Of a DNA stretch of 64,000 bases, positions 47,966 to 58,065 are shown in pieces (position 1 is the stretch's first letter; each line of letters opens with the position of its first letter). The position numbers and the translations under genes were made by a program. Source of the stretch: Candidatus Bathyarchaeia archaeon (GTDB lineage: Archaea; Thermoproteota; Bathyarchaeia; Bathyarchaeales; Bathycorpusculaceae); the NCBI GenBank assembly GCA_050012255.1, contig JBEKHN010000002.1:1-64000 (forward strand), given 5' to 3'. The notes beneath the pieces are model-generated. The model made no database searches. It was not told the DNA's origin and saw nothing but the letters and a program-made list of their open reading frames with translations.

Positions 47966-48069
47966 GCCGGTGTCAAGTTTTTGGACAGAGCATCTGCAAT
48001 ATGCGGAAGAGACAGCGTAGGCTTTTTTAAGATACTCCATGTAAAAGCTTTCCAGTAAGGTGTCAGGGT

Positions 48070-49131
48070 TTGTCAAAGATAAGAGTGGCCGTAGTCGGGG
48101 TCGGCAACTGCGCGTCAGCCTTGATGCAAGGGTTGCAATACTACGGCAACTGCGTCAAAGAGGCAGAATGTATTGGCTTGCGAAACGCTGTTTTGGGCGG
48201 TTTTCGCCCGAATGATGTTGAAATCGTTGCCGCTTTCGACATTGACGACCGAAAAGTCGGGAAAGACCTGTCTGAGGCTGTTTTTGCCCAGCCTAACAAT
48301 GCTCCGAAGCTGGCTGATGTGCCACCTTCTAACGTTATCGTCAACAAAGGGCCCGTTCTGGACGGTGTGGGGGAGTACACGAGACATGTTGTTCACGTGA
48401 GCAGCCACGATGACGCGAACGTTGCTATGGTTCTAAAGGAAAGTGACGCGGAAATTGTGCTGGACTTGCTTCCGTCTGGCGCCGTGAAGGCTTCTCAGTG
48501 GTATGCCGAGCAATCACTGTTATCGGGTTGCGCGTTGGTTAACGTGACGCCCAATTTCATCGCTAGCGATGCTTCATGGGCCCAAAAGTTTGAAACGGCT
48601 GAGCTTCCACTAGTGGGTGATGACCTAGTGGACCAAGTGGGCGCGACCACTCTGCACAAAACTTTGCTCAACCTTCTTTCGATGAACGGCGTCCGAGTCA
48701 CCGAAACGTACCAGCTTGACGTCGGCGGAGGCACGGAGTCTTTGGACACGTTGGAGCGAACAAAAGATGTTAAACGCGTTGTCAAGACAAAGTCTGTTGA
48801 GGCTGCGTTGCCTTACTCCGCGGCGGTTGTAGCTGGGTCCACAGACTACGTTGACTTTCTGCAGAACAAGCGAGACAGCTACTTCTGGATCAAGGGGTTG
48901 TACTTCTGCAACGTGCCAATGCAGATGGATTTGAAGCTCTCGACGGTCGACGGGCCGAATGCCGGTTCGGTGCTGCTGGACGTGATAAGAGCTGTCAGGG
49001 TGGCCGAGGAAAGAAAACTGAAAGGCTCAATACTGCCAATCTGTGCGTACGCTTTCAAGCATCCGCCTCAACTCTTGTCCCTTGAAGCTGCCGAGAAGTT
49101 GTTTGCCGACTTCATTGCGGGCGAGGCCTGA
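48070..49131 (+). CDS. myo-Inositol-1-phosphate synthase family protein
   Basis: GVGNCASAL.QG, GDD...QVGAT, D.PNAG. Confidence 0.88.
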   Translation: MSKIRVAVVGVGNCASALMQGLQYYGNCVKEAECIGLRNAVLGGFRPNDVEIVAAFDIDDRKVGKDLSEAVFAQPNNAPKLADVPPSNVIVNKGPVLDGVGEYTRHVVHVSSHDDANVAMVLKESDAEIVLDLLPSGAVKASQWYAEQSLLSGCALVNVTPNFIASDASWAQKFETAELPLVGDDLVDQVGATTLHKTLLNLLSMNGVRVTETYQLDVGGGTESLDTLERTKDVKRVVKTKSVEAALPYSAAVVAGSTDYVDFLQNKRDSYFWIKGLYFCNVPMQMDLKLSTVDGPNAGSVLLDVIRAVRVAEERKLKGSILPICAYAFKHPPQLLSLEAAEKLFADFIAGEA

Positions 49132-49141
49132 GACAAAACTC

Positions 49142-50290
49142 TCACTTTTTCACAAGTCTCTGTAGTTCCTGAAGGGTCTTCTTCTTGACTCCAGTTTTCT
49201 TCAGCCTTTTTTTCAGCAACAGTATCGTTCTAACAGGCGTCGGGTCTATGCCTCGCAGCACAGCGAGGTACACGCTTGTGAAGTCTCCGACGCATATTAC
49301 AGACGACATTCTGGTTAGGTTGCTCTTGCCGCTGCTCCACACTTCGAACAGTTTGACTCCCTCCTTGCCGATTATTTCCTTGGTGACTTCGATTCTCTCC
49401 CTTATCTCCTTCGGCTCCTCAGCGTCGCGGATGAAGATTACGGAAAAGAGTTTTGCGAATTCCCTCGCTGCCTCCCAGCCTACGATCTCGTTGTGGTTGA
49501 GTTCTGGAAAAGATTCCCACTTTGCCGGGTTCTTGCTGTTTTCGTTGAACTGTGTCTTGAGGCGCTGGGCAACAGCTCGGTAGAATCCAAAACCGTAAAC
49601 TGTCGGAACTGTTCCGTTGACGTTTGACGCCAGCTTCTTAGACAAGTTGTCGCTCAACGGTCTTTCAGGAGAATTCTCTGAGCTAACCTGCTTCAGCACT
49701 CTTACAGTCTCAGAGAACTCGGTGTCCACGCCTGGTGCTAGCCCCATTTTCTCCAAGATCCCGATTAAAGGCATGAACAGGTACGGCAGAGTTGCGCGCG
49801 GAGCCATTCCGCTGGGTACAAGCAGATGAGGGATGCTGAGTTTTTCGGCGAACTCTGTTAGTGCTCCACCTGAGCTTATGCAGATTATCATGCATTTCCT
49901 CTTGAGAGCTTCCAGAAACACGCTTAAGGTCTCTTCAGTTTCTCCTGAGTAGCTTGTGGTAAACACCAGCGTGTTCTTGTTCGCATAAGAAGGCAGATGG
50001 TACTCTCTGCACACGTCAACCGGCACGGCCAATCTGTCTCGAGCCCAGTCTTTCAGAAGCTCTCCGCCGATGGCTGATCCGCCCATGCCGGCCACGATTA
50101 TAGCTTCAGGCTTGAGATAGCTAATTTTGAATTGACTAGCCAATCTAGCAGCGTTTCCATAGTGCTTGGGCGCTTCGACGCAGAAAGAGAGCATGTCACT
50201 CTTGTCAATTTTCTTGATTTCATCTATGCTATCCAAAATCTTTAGCTTTGACAACTGCTCACTACCGCTCTGATACGCCGTCAAGACCAT
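49142..50290 (-). CDS. Bifunctional phosphoglucose/phosphomannose isomerase
   Basis: GMGGSAIGG, SYSG.TEET, NENSK, PELNHNE. Confidence 0.93.
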   Translation of the reverse strand: MVLTAYQSGSEQLSKLKILDSIDEIKKIDKSDMLSFCVEAPKHYGNAARLASQFKISYLKPEAIIVAGMGGSAIGGELLKDWARDRLAVPVDVCREYHLPSYANKNTLVFTTSYSGETEETLSVFLEALKRKCMIICISSGGALTEFAEKLSIPHLLVPSGMAPRATLPYLFMPLIGILEKMGLAPGVDTEFSETVRVLKQVSSENSPERPLSDNLSKKLASNVNGTVPTVYGFGFYRAVAQRLKTQFNENSKNPAKWESFPELNHNEIVGWEAAREFAKLFSVIFIRDAEEPKEIRERIEVTKEIIGKEGVKLFEVWSSGKSNLTRMSSVICVGDFTSVYLAVLRGIDPTPVRTILLLKKRLKKTGVKKKTLQELQRLVKK

Positions 50291-50362
50291 ATCACACGTT
50301 CAGCTTTTAAACCAAATGCACAATAACACCCTTTCAACGCGCATGGCCAAAAGAGAGCTTGG

Positions 50363-51223
50363 TTGAACATGAAGAAGCTGTCCATAGCTATTCCCGCTTC
50401 GGTTGTCTCGGACACTCCGCATCTGCGTGAAAAGACGTCCAAGATAGGTCTCATTGGAAGAGCAGCCGCCATTTTCAGAGTCAATGAGATCATAATCTAC
50501 CCGGATTGTCCTGGTGTCGACCAGAGGTCCGACGTGGACCTGGTTGCGACTTTGGTCGCTTACATGGAGACGCCGCAGTATCTTCGGAAAACGCTGTTCA
50601 AGCTGAAGCCAATTCTCCAGTATGCGGGAATACTTCCACCGTTGCGCACACTGCATCATCCACTTAACCGCCGAAGCAAGGATCTGAAGGTCGGCGAATA
50701 CCGGGAAGGAGTAGCCCTGTCAAAAACAAGAGAGGGCACCCTCGTAGACATCGGTGTTGAGTCGCCTGCGCTGGTGATGAACTCGCAGTTGGCTGCTGGT
50801 AGACGCGTCACGGTGAGAATTGTGAGGACTGGCAAACCTGTGAAGGCTGAGCTGGTGAATCGTGATGCGGTGCCCACTTATTGGGGCTATTCGGTCACTG
50901 TGGAAAAGCATTGCTTTGGGGAAATTGTCAAGAGTGGTGATTTCGACTTGACGATAGCCACGTCGAAGTATGGTTTGCCGTTTGCTCAGGTTGCAGGGCA
51001 GATCGTTGAAGAATGGGTTCGAGCGAGCAGCGTTCTCTTGGCTTTCGGTGCCCCAGCCCTTGGGTTGAATGAGATCGTTGCGCGTGAAGGGCTTCGTTTA
51101 GAAGACATTGTCGATTTTGTGGTCAACACTATTCCATCGCAGGGAACTGAAACCGTAAGGACTGAGGAAGCACTCATTGCTTCTTTGGCAGTTTTCAACA
51201 TCACTTTGACAGCTAGGATGTGA
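50363..51223 (+). CDS. SPOUT RNA methyltransferase (DUF171/C9orf114-like)
   Basis: ETPQYLRK, LPPL, QGTETVRTEEA. Confidence 0.9.
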   Translation: MNMKKLSIAIPASVVSDTPHLREKTSKIGLIGRAAAIFRVNEIIIYPDCPGVDQRSDVDLVATLVAYMETPQYLRKTLFKLKPILQYAGILPPLRTLHHPLNRRSKDLKVGEYREGVALSKTREGTLVDIGVESPALVMNSQLAAGRRVTVRIVRTGKPVKAELVNRDAVPTYWGYSVTVEKHCFGEIVKSGDFDLTIATSKYGLPFAQVAGQIVEEWVRASSVLLAFGAPALGLNEIVAREGLRLEDIVDFVVNTIPSQGTETVRTEEALIASLAVFNITLTARM

Positions 51224-51308
51224 CTTCAAAACAGGTCCAACTGGCTGAGGCAGAAAAGCGGGTTGCTGGGACAAAGGGATAAATGTTCGTTCTTCTAATG
51301 TTGGGTGC

Positions 51309-52184
51309 ATGTATTTCGACATCACGATGCCGTTGACACTCTTCGCGGTTACCCTTGTGGCGTTGTTTGCGAATCAGAAGACTGAGGGCAAGCTGAAAGA
51401 GAATCTGCAGGAGAGGCAGATGGGTGTTTGGGACGCTGCTCTGCTGGTCGGTGTGATGTCCGTTATGATATATCTGATCGTCTTCGTCAGAGAGATAACT
51501 TACGTTCTGATGGTGTTGTATCTGTTCGCTTATTCGATGCTTCTTTTCACTTTTACGTACCTGTTTTCAAAGAGTCGTTGGTACTTGGGCATTTTGCCTC
51601 CGGCAGTCTTCATTCTGTTATACGTTTTTTTAGGTGTTCTTCGAGACGATCCATTGTGGACCTATTATTTAGCCAACATTTTTGGCCTGGTCTTTGCGGT
51701 GCTTATTACTCTTTACCTTGTAGGTCTGTTCACGTGGAAAACCACGGCAATTTTCGGCGTTCTGATAACCGTTATGGACATAATTCTGGTCCTGGTCACT
51801 CGAACTATGGTCGAAGCTGCCAAGGTTGCTGTAGGTCTTAAACTTCCTGTGATGGTCTCGCTTCCCTTGATTCCACCGGCGTCTGAGTTGGGCGTTTCGA
51901 TGATGAGTCTGGGTTTAGGCGACTTCTTCTTCGCCGGGTTGTTGGGCATACAGACCTTCAAGAAATACGGCAAACGATTCGCAATTGTTTGTGCGGCGGC
52001 GATGACTGTTTCTTTCTTTAGTTTCGAAACAGCCTTGCTGAACTATTGGCGAATCCCGTTTGCGGGTACGTTGATGATCATCTGTGGATGGGCGCCCCTA
52101 GTGATTTGGAAACAGTTGACAGTGAGAAAATCAACTGTGCCAGAATTGAGGACTCCAGCTGTGAGACAAATAACCAGTGGTTAG
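51309..52184 (+). CDS. Presenilin/signal-peptide-peptidase-like GxGD intramembrane aspartic protease
   Basis: Multi-TM protein; VMD (YD equivalent), LGLGD. Confidence 0.75.
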   Translation: MYFDITMPLTLFAVTLVALFANQKTEGKLKENLQERQMGVWDAALLVGVMSVMIYLIVFVREITYVLMVLYLFAYSMLLFTFTYLFSKSRWYLGILPPAVFILLYVFLGVLRDDPLWTYYLANIFGLVFAVLITLYLVGLFTWKTTAIFGVLITVMDIILVLVTRTMVEAAKVAVGLKLPVMVSLPLIPPASELGVSMMSLGLGDFFFAGLLGIQTFKKYGKRFAIVCAAAMTVSFFSFETALLNYWRIPFAGTLMIICGWAPLVIWKQLTVRKSTVPELRTPAVRQITSG

Positions 52185-52226
52185 AACTGGAATTTCAGAT
52201 AACAACGTGGAAAAGTTGAGATGTGT

Positions 52227-52550
52227 TTAACCGAAGAGGGCGCCTAGGCCTTCGAGCGCTGCTTCTTCCTTCTGTTTTTCTTCTTCTTTCTTCTTCTTCT
52301 CGTCTTCCTTCGGCTTCGCTTCTGCTGCTGGTGCAGCTGCGGCTACCGGGGCTGCGACTGGTGCTGCCATCATCGTTGGAGCAGACTTAATCGCTTCATC
52401 TATCTTCACTTCAGTCAGAGAAGCCACTAAGGCTTTGACGCGAACTGTGTCGGCGTTTATTCCCGCGGCTGTTAAAACCTGTGTCAGGTTTGTCTCGTTT
52501 ATCTCCTTTCCTGCCTTGTGGAGAAGCATTGCAGCGTAAATATATTCCAT
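52227..52550 (-). CDS. rpl12: Ribosomal stalk protein P1/L12
   Basis: [11 protein letters not shown]...GLGALFG. Confidence 0.97.
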   Translation of the reverse strand: MEYIYAAMLLHKAGKEINETNLTQVLTAAGINADTVRVKALVASLTEVKIDEAIKSAPTMMAAPVAAPVAAAAPAAEAKPKEDEKKKKEEEKQKEEAALEGLGALFG

Positions 52551-52869
52551 ACCCTTTCACCTCTCACATCGACTATTTTAAGTTTTTTCAGTTGGCGCGG
52601 CCCTTTCCCTTAACGTTGGGACCCTAATACTTTATTCAATCCTATTAGCTAGGCTACTGTGCCTTGCTGCTACGCACTGCCTAACTTGGGCAGTCTTCCT
52701 TCACATACAAAATCCCATGATTTAAACTTTCTGTGCATAAAAAACTATGGAAGCTGGTATTTCGAGGAAAAGCTTCACTAAATGATAGCGCATTTTCTGT
52801 TTTCGAAGTCACAAACACTGAGAACTCGAGCGAATAATGTTTGGTAATTCCTGTTCTAAGGTGATTGGC

Positions 52870-52977
52870 CTAAAAGTCTTCTTCTCGTTCCATCGTGCTG
52901 TATGCCTTGTCTTCCTCTATGATCTTCTCTGTATCAGTCTGCGTTTCTTTTCTTTGCTTCTTTTTCTTTCTGCTCAT
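52870..52977 (-). CDS. Possible 35-aa charged peptide
   Basis: MSRKKKKQRKETQTDTEKIIEEDKAYSTMEREEDF, in the rpl10-rpl12 gap. Confidence 0.35.
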   Translation of the reverse strand: MSRKKKKQRKETQTDTEKIIEEDKAYSTMEREEDF

Positions 52978-53311
52978 CTATCTTTCCAGCTTGCTTCCGA
53001 TCTAGACTGCAGCGATCGTTGTTTGATGATTGCCAACAAAATAAAGATTGTCATTTTGGATAGATCTATGACCGCAAATCAATGTCAAAAGAAATATTTG
53101 GGTCAGCAAAATACTGGCAGACTGTGAGCCGGCGGAGGCTGGAACTGGTTACGCTGTCTTGCCAGAGTTTTCACCCAGAATTGTTGCATCAAGTATGTTT
53201 GTGATATCATCGTTATTGAGATCTCTGTTGGGATTCCATGATTGCTGATTCTGTTTCAAGCGTGCGGTATGAAGGAATCGTCGATTGAAAAGCGCATGAG
53301 GTAGGTCCTGA

Positions 53312-54163
53312 CTAGTGAGTTACCTTACTGTTTAGGCTTAGCATTTGAGCGTTTGCCTTCCTGAGCAGATCCTCTATTGTTTCTTTCGTGGGTATTGCCG
53401 CGCCCACTGAGAGAGCGTATGCTTCTCTGTGAGCGAGTTGTACCAGTATGACCATGTTTTCCTTGGTGGGATAACTGATGCTTAAGGACAGGGCAAAGGA
53501 TTCGGCGTAGGCACTTTCGACCTCATGTTTGGTTCCGTCAATATCAAGCTTGAGCTGTTCCTGTGTCACGATTAAGCCGTCGTCGAACGCTACGGTCAGC
53601 GCGAGTCCTGTTTCAACGGGTTTTATTCCGAGCTTTGACAGTATGCTGGCTAGCCTTTCGTTGATCTGTTCTCCTTTTCTGGCTACTAGCGTGTCCTTGT
53701 TTATCCAGACGCTTCCCGACTCGATTCGCGTTGGCAGGCCTACTGCGTTTAGTTGGCTGATTATGGGGCCTGGAGGTTGTCCAGTGTTTCCCGCTGGGAC
53801 TACAACGTCGAAGGCTGCTACGTCGCCTGACTTGGCGGTCGTTTTGACCTTTCCTCTTGCAAGGATCAGTGACAGCTTGAACGGGTTTAGGTTCGTGAAC
53901 ATGAAAACGTTTGACCCTTTGACGTGTTCTTCGAGTTTCTTCAGGTCGGGTCTTTCCTTACAGTTCTCGATGGCCAGCTTGATCAATGTGTTCTTCAAAA
54001 CTCGCATGTACACTTTGTCCGCCAGGTTTCTCTTGAACTCCTGCAGTTGAGCCGCTCTGACTTTCTGCAGGCTGGCGATTCCGATGATGCTGTAACCTTT
54101 GATGAGGTTGGTTATCTCTTCGACTTCCTTGGTCTTCTGTTGCAGAGCTTGTTTGGACGGCAT
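53312..54163 (-). CDS. rpl10: Ribosomal protein L10/P0
   Basis: KNTL, FT.LNPF, NTG.PPGP. Confidence 0.95.
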   Translation of the reverse strand: MPSKQALQQKTKEVEEITNLIKGYSIIGIASLQKVRAAQLQEFKRNLADKVYMRVLKNTLIKLAIENCKERPDLKKLEEHVKGSNVFMFTNLNPFKLSLILARGKVKTTAKSGDVAAFDVVVPAGNTGQPPGPIISQLNAVGLPTRIESGSVWINKDTLVARKGEQINERLASILSKLGIKPVETGLALTVAFDDGLIVTQEQLKLDIDGTKHEVESAYAESFALSLSISYPTKENMVILVQLAHREAYALSVGAAIPTKETIEDLLRKANAQMLSLNSKVTH

Positions 54164-54175
54164 CGGTTTTCCCTT

Positions 54176-54826
54176 CTATGGTTTGATCTTCACGGGCGCG
54201 CCCATGGCCGTTTTTATGTAGGCAAACTTGATGTTTTTCATTCCTTTCTTGAGTTTTCCCTCTACGACCCTTAGAACCGCTTGGATGTTCTCAGATATTT
54301 CCTCTTCCTTCATGTTTTCCATTCCGACGCGGTTTTGCAGGATGGGCTGGTTGCGCATTCTAACAATGATCGTCTTGCGGTGTTTAGCCAACAAGCCTGC
54401 AATGTCTGCTGACGGCGGGACGGGTATGGGCATCTTGCCCCTCGGACCTAGAACGGAGCCTAATGTTCTGCCTACCAGCGGCATCAGCGGCGCTTCGGCG
54501 ATGAAAAAGTCGTACGTGTTGGCTATCTTTCGCATCTCTTGTTTTTTGCCGGCCATGGCTTCAAGGTCGCTCTTTTCGACGACGCGGTCTGCGTTTGCCT
54601 TTCTCGCCTTCATCGCTAGTTCGCCGGAGGCGATGACGCAGATCGCGTTGGGTTTTTCGAGTGCGTACGGGAGTTCTACAACCTCTTGGATCTTGCTTTC
54701 AGGTGCTTTCATGTCGATGTCTTGCAGCTTCAGGATGAGCTCTACCGATTGGTTGAATTTTCTCTTCTGAGACTTTTCTTTTGCCTCTTTTACTGCAGCG
54801 AGGATCGTTTTTTGGTCTAAAGGCAT
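54176..54826 (-). CDS. rpl1: Ribosomal protein L1
   Basis: RKFNQSVEL, LGPRGKMP, KTAMG. Confidence 0.96.
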   Translation of the reverse strand: MPLDQKTILAAVKEAKEKSQKRKFNQSVELILKLQDIDMKAPESKIQEVVELPYALEKPNAICVIASGELAMKARKANADRVVEKSDLEAMAGKKQEMRKIANTYDFFIAEAPLMPLVGRTLGSVLGPRGKMPIPVPPSADIAGLLAKHRKTIIVRMRNQPILQNRVGMENMKEEEISENIQAVLRVVEGKLKKGMKNIKFAYIKTAMGAPVKIKP

Positions 54827-54878
54827 CTAGAGGCCTCGTGCCATTGAGGAAATGATACGCGGTTATAAAAGTATTCTC

Positions 54879-55373
54879 TTATGCTTGGCTCTTGCTCAGC
54901 ATTTCGTCGTACTTGCCTTCGTCGAGCTCTCGTTGGACTTCGCGCGGGTCTTTGCCTTCAGCCGTCACTCCCATGCTGACGCAGACTCCTAGGATCTCCT
55001 TGGTTGCTCCTTTCAGGGTTTTTGACAGCAGTTCTGGACGCTTCATCTTGGCTATTCGTATCACTTGGTCTATGGTGAGGTTTCCAACCTTCTGCGTGCT
55101 CGGTGTGCCTGAGCCTTTCTCGACCTTGAGTTCGCTAACGATCAAGGCGGACGCCGTGGGTGTTCCAATGGTTACTTCAAACTGTTTGGTGTCAGGGTCG
55201 ACGATGACTTTGACTGGAACCTTCATTCCAGAATAGTCTTTTGTAAGCTCGTTTATCCTGTTCACGATTGCCATGACGTTTACGCCCAGCGGTCCGAGCG
55301 CTGGTCCCAGCGGGGGTCCTGCGTTTGCTTGTCCTCCGCTCACAAGCAGTTCTGTGACTTTCTTGTCGGCCAT
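54879..55373 (-). CDS. rpl11: Ribosomal protein L11
   Basis: GPPLGPALGP.G, G.CVSMG. Confidence 0.97.
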   Translation of the reverse strand: MADKKVTELLVSGGQANAGPPLGPALGPLGVNVMAIVNRINELTKDYSGMKVPVKVIVDPDTKQFEVTIGTPTASALIVSELKVEKGSGTPSTQKVGNLTIDQVIRIAKMKRPELLSKTLKGATKEILGVCVSMGVTAEGKDPREVQRELDEGKYDEMLSKSQA

Positions 55374-55861
55374 TATGTTCCACCACGAGCAGCGGCCTTT
55401 GCTCTCTCCACCAGTTTAACGTACTCCGCGCTCACCGTTATGGGCAGGGTGAAAGTTGCTTCCAGCAGCTCAAGCGTGACTTCTTCCTTCGTCTTGTCAA
55501 TCCTGGTTATTTTTGCGCGCATGCCCTTGAAGGGTCCGCCGGTTACTTCGACTATGTCGCTTTCGTTCAACTCTTCTATGATCGGTTTCTTGACTATGTA
55601 TCTCTCAACTTCAGCAAAACTGACGATGCCTGGAACCCTTGAGCGCACGTGTTTTATGCCTCCTATGGCTTCCTCGACGAAGTGCGGGCCCTCAGCCTCT
55701 AAGAAGACGTATCCCTTCAGTGTTTCGGGCGCGAGAATTGCCTTTATCGGTATCTTGTTCATGGCAACCTTGGCTGCGACGAGTCTGGCAACGTTTCTTT
55801 CTTGACCCGTGGTTGTTTTCACTGCAAAGATCTTTGTGGTGTACTCCTCGGGTTTTTCCAT
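55373..55861 (-). CDS. spt5: Transcription elongation factor Spt5
   Basis: TT.GQE..VA, KGYVFLEA, KOW GPFKG. Start MEKPEE. Confidence 0.95.
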   Translation of the reverse strand: MEKPEEYTTKIFAVKTTTGQERNVARLVAAKVAMNKIPIKAILAPETLKGYVFLEAEGPHFVEEAIGGIKHVRSRVPGIVSFAEVERYIVKKPIIEELNESDIVEVTGGPFKGMRAKITRIDKTKEEVTLELLEATFTLPITVSAEYVKLVERAKAAARGGT

Positions 55862-55875
55862 CGAGTTTCTTCCTT

Positions 55876-56058
55876 CTAAGCCGCGGGGGTTCCTGGCTGC
55901 AGAACAGAGGACAACAGTTTGATGACAAAACCGATTAGTCCTATCGCTGCTATGCCCAAAAAGCATATTTTTATGGATAGCCAAAGCTCGCTTCTTCCAG
56001 GCTTAATAGCCAGCTTCAGCGTTCTTCCGCATTGAGCCAGGAAATCTCTCAAGCCCAT
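55876..56058 (-). CDS. secE: Protein translocase SecE/Sec61-gamma
   Basis: R.LKLA.KP...E, G.IGF.I; position upstream of spt5. Confidence 0.9.
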   Translation of the reverse strand: MGLRDFLAQCGRTLKLAIKPGRSELWLSIKICFLGIAAIGLIGFVIKLLSSVLQPGTPAA

Positions 56059-56181
56059 GTTTCATCGCACTCTCAGTATTTCAATTTGATATAAGGGTTA
56101 CTGTAGGCTCTGCTAGATAAAGACGCACATTTCTATTAACCTTTGCCTCTGGCTGACCCTTGCTCAAGAACGTGTTCAGTG

Positions 56182-57006
56182 CTAGGACTTCAGGAACGGC
56201 GTGCCCATTTCGTTCAGCATCTTGACCAATGGCGGTTTGTCTTCTCCTCTTATTCCCTTCCAGTCGAGAATCACAGTTTCGACCTTTTCCATCGTTCTTT
56301 CAACGCATTGTCTAAGGATGTTTGTATCGATCTTTGAAACCGAATACTTTGGAATCATGTGTCCGAAAGCCAACTCTTTCTCCAACGCCATTCGAGTGAA
56401 CCTGCTATTGTAGTGTGGTCCGCCTATGCCCACGACTGCTTTGACTGAATGTTGGTCGAACCTTTGAACCGTTTCTATCGTCGCATGTGCGACGGCTTCA
56501 GCGGCTCTCGTGTCACTCCACTGTTTAGGTGAGCTGCCAAGCTCGGCGAACATCGTGGGAACGTCTAAGGAGGGTCCGTGATGCGTGCACTCGTAGGATA
56601 CTTCATAGTCGAGCTGCATCTCTTCCTTGAGTTTCATCATGGTCTTCAAAGCTTCTCTCATCGGGTTCGCAGGGGAGACAGACACTTTTCTCGGGATTCC
56701 GCCTAGCTCTGCTTCGGCTAGGTTGCCCGGCGTGTGCACCGACAGTGTTGGGGTTCCGCTGACGCTGCTGTGTCTTGAGACAAAGATAATGAGTTCCAGT
56801 CTGTTGAACGCGTTTGGCAGGGTTTGTGCGCGGACCGATTCCTCGTTCAAGGTTATGAGTTCTACGTTCTTGTTATCGATTGTAGCCTCGTACGTTGGGT
56901 TTGCCTGAAATCTTCGAGTTGTTTCTCTGAAATCGTAATGAGTCAAGATCTGTTTTTGGATGTTTAGACTTGCCACGTCCTTGTTTGAGGCGACGATCAG
57001 TATCAT
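56182..57006 (-). CDS. dtdA: D-aminoacyl-tRNA deacylase (archaeal DTD2)
   Basis: SRH, VHTPGN, ECTHHGP, ELGS, GGPHY. Confidence 0.93.
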   Translation of the reverse strand: MILIVASNKDVASLNIQKQILTHYDFRETTRRFQANPTYEATIDNKNVELITLNEESVRAQTLPNAFNRLELIIFVSRHSSVSGTPTLSVHTPGNLAEAELGGIPRKVSVSPANPMREALKTMMKLKEEMQLDYEVSYECTHHGPSLDVPTMFAELGSSPKQWSDTRAAEAVAHATIETVQRFDQHSVKAVVGIGGPHYNSRFTRMALEKELAFGHMIPKYSVSKIDTNILRQCVERTMEKVETVILDWKGIRGEDKPPLVKMLNEMGTPFLKS

Positions 57007-57114
57007 TCGTTGCGCTTCCGGAATACGATGCGAGTTTCTAGAGATATGGTTTCCATAAAGCTTATAATAGTTGAAGGTGGTTCAACGCTTAAAAGTTTGG
57101 AAACGGGTGGAAAC

Positions 57115-58029
57115 GTGCATTTACTTAATTTCAAAGAATTGACTGGTCAAAAGCTGGCAGAGATGATAGATAAGGGTATTGAGGTTAAACATGCTTCAGA
57201 ACATTATCGAAAGGCCTTGAAAGGCAAGTCGTCAGCCTTGATCTTTCAGAAAACTTCGACCAGAACTCGAGTTTCCTTCGAGGTGGCCATGACCCAGCTT
57301 GGCGGTCACGCACTCTTCATCGATTGGAGAACGACGAACTTTGCTCTGGCGGACCTGAGTGATGAGACTCAGTATCTGTCCCGAAACGTTGACTGCATCA
57401 TGGCTAGGCTGATGAGAAACGCGGACTTGCAGACTATGGCCAAGGCTTCCAGGGTTCCGGTGATTAATGGTTGTGACGAGAAGTACCATCCAAGCCAGGC
57501 GGTAGCCGACTTAATCACGGTGAAGGAAAAGAAGGGAAAGTTCAAGGGCGTCAAGCTTGTTTACGTGGGAATCCACAACAACGTTTGCAATTCACTCATC
57601 GAAGGTTGCACGAAGACCGGTGTCAAAATAACCACTGTGACGCCCGTGTTCAATGAGCCAAGCAGGGACGATGAGCTTCTGGAGAACGCTAGGAAGACGG
57701 GGCTTTGGGAAACCTCGACGGATGTGAATGAAGTTGTCAGAGACGCGGACTTCGTTTACACTGACACGTGGGTTGACATGGAGTTCTTCACTGACCCGAA
57801 GTTTGCGGCAGAGAGGGAGAAACGCGTCAAACTGATGATGCCCTGCCAGATCAACAAGGAGTTGCTGAAGAACAGCAGTGCCTACGTGATGCATGACATG
57901 CCTATTCACAGAGGATACGAAATAACCGGGGATGTTGTTGAAAGCTCAAAGTCGGTGATATACGAGCAGAGCGAGAACAGGCTTTACTCTGCGAAAACCA
58001 TTCTGTTGAAACTGTTGGGGAAATACTAG
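57115..58029 (+). CDS. argF: Ornithine carbamoyltransferase family protein
   Basis: STRTR.SF, HPSQ, HDMP, ENR. Start GTG 57115 preferred. Confidence 0.85.
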   Translation: MHLLNFKELTGQKLAEMIDKGIEVKHASEHYRKALKGKSSALIFQKTSTRTRVSFEVAMTQLGGHALFIDWRTTNFALADLSDETQYLSRNVDCIMARLMRNADLQTMAKASRVPVINGCDEKYHPSQAVADLITVKEKKGKFKGVKLVYVGIHNNVCNSLIEGCTKTGVKITTVTPVFNEPSRDDELLENARKTGLWETSTDVNEVVRDADFVYTDTWVDMEFFTDPKFAAEREKRVKLMMPCQINKELLKNSSAYVMHDMPIHRGYEITGDVVESSKSVIYEQSENRLYSAKTILLKLLGKY

Positions 58030-58065
58030 CTATTCGATGATTCGCACGTGGCGAACCTGTCTTCT

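Noticed and set aside
17266-49800. 7-nt GC runs inside core genes (about 17266, 25928, 31899, 38785, 49794)
   Set aside because: Shorter, lie within intact reading frames (Ala/Arg codons) and show no breakpoints; treated as background.
55862-57114. Long N-terminal extensions of spt5 (to 55984) and argF (from 57010) in the ORF track
   Set aside because: They overlap secE or the promoter region; downstream starts match family lengths.
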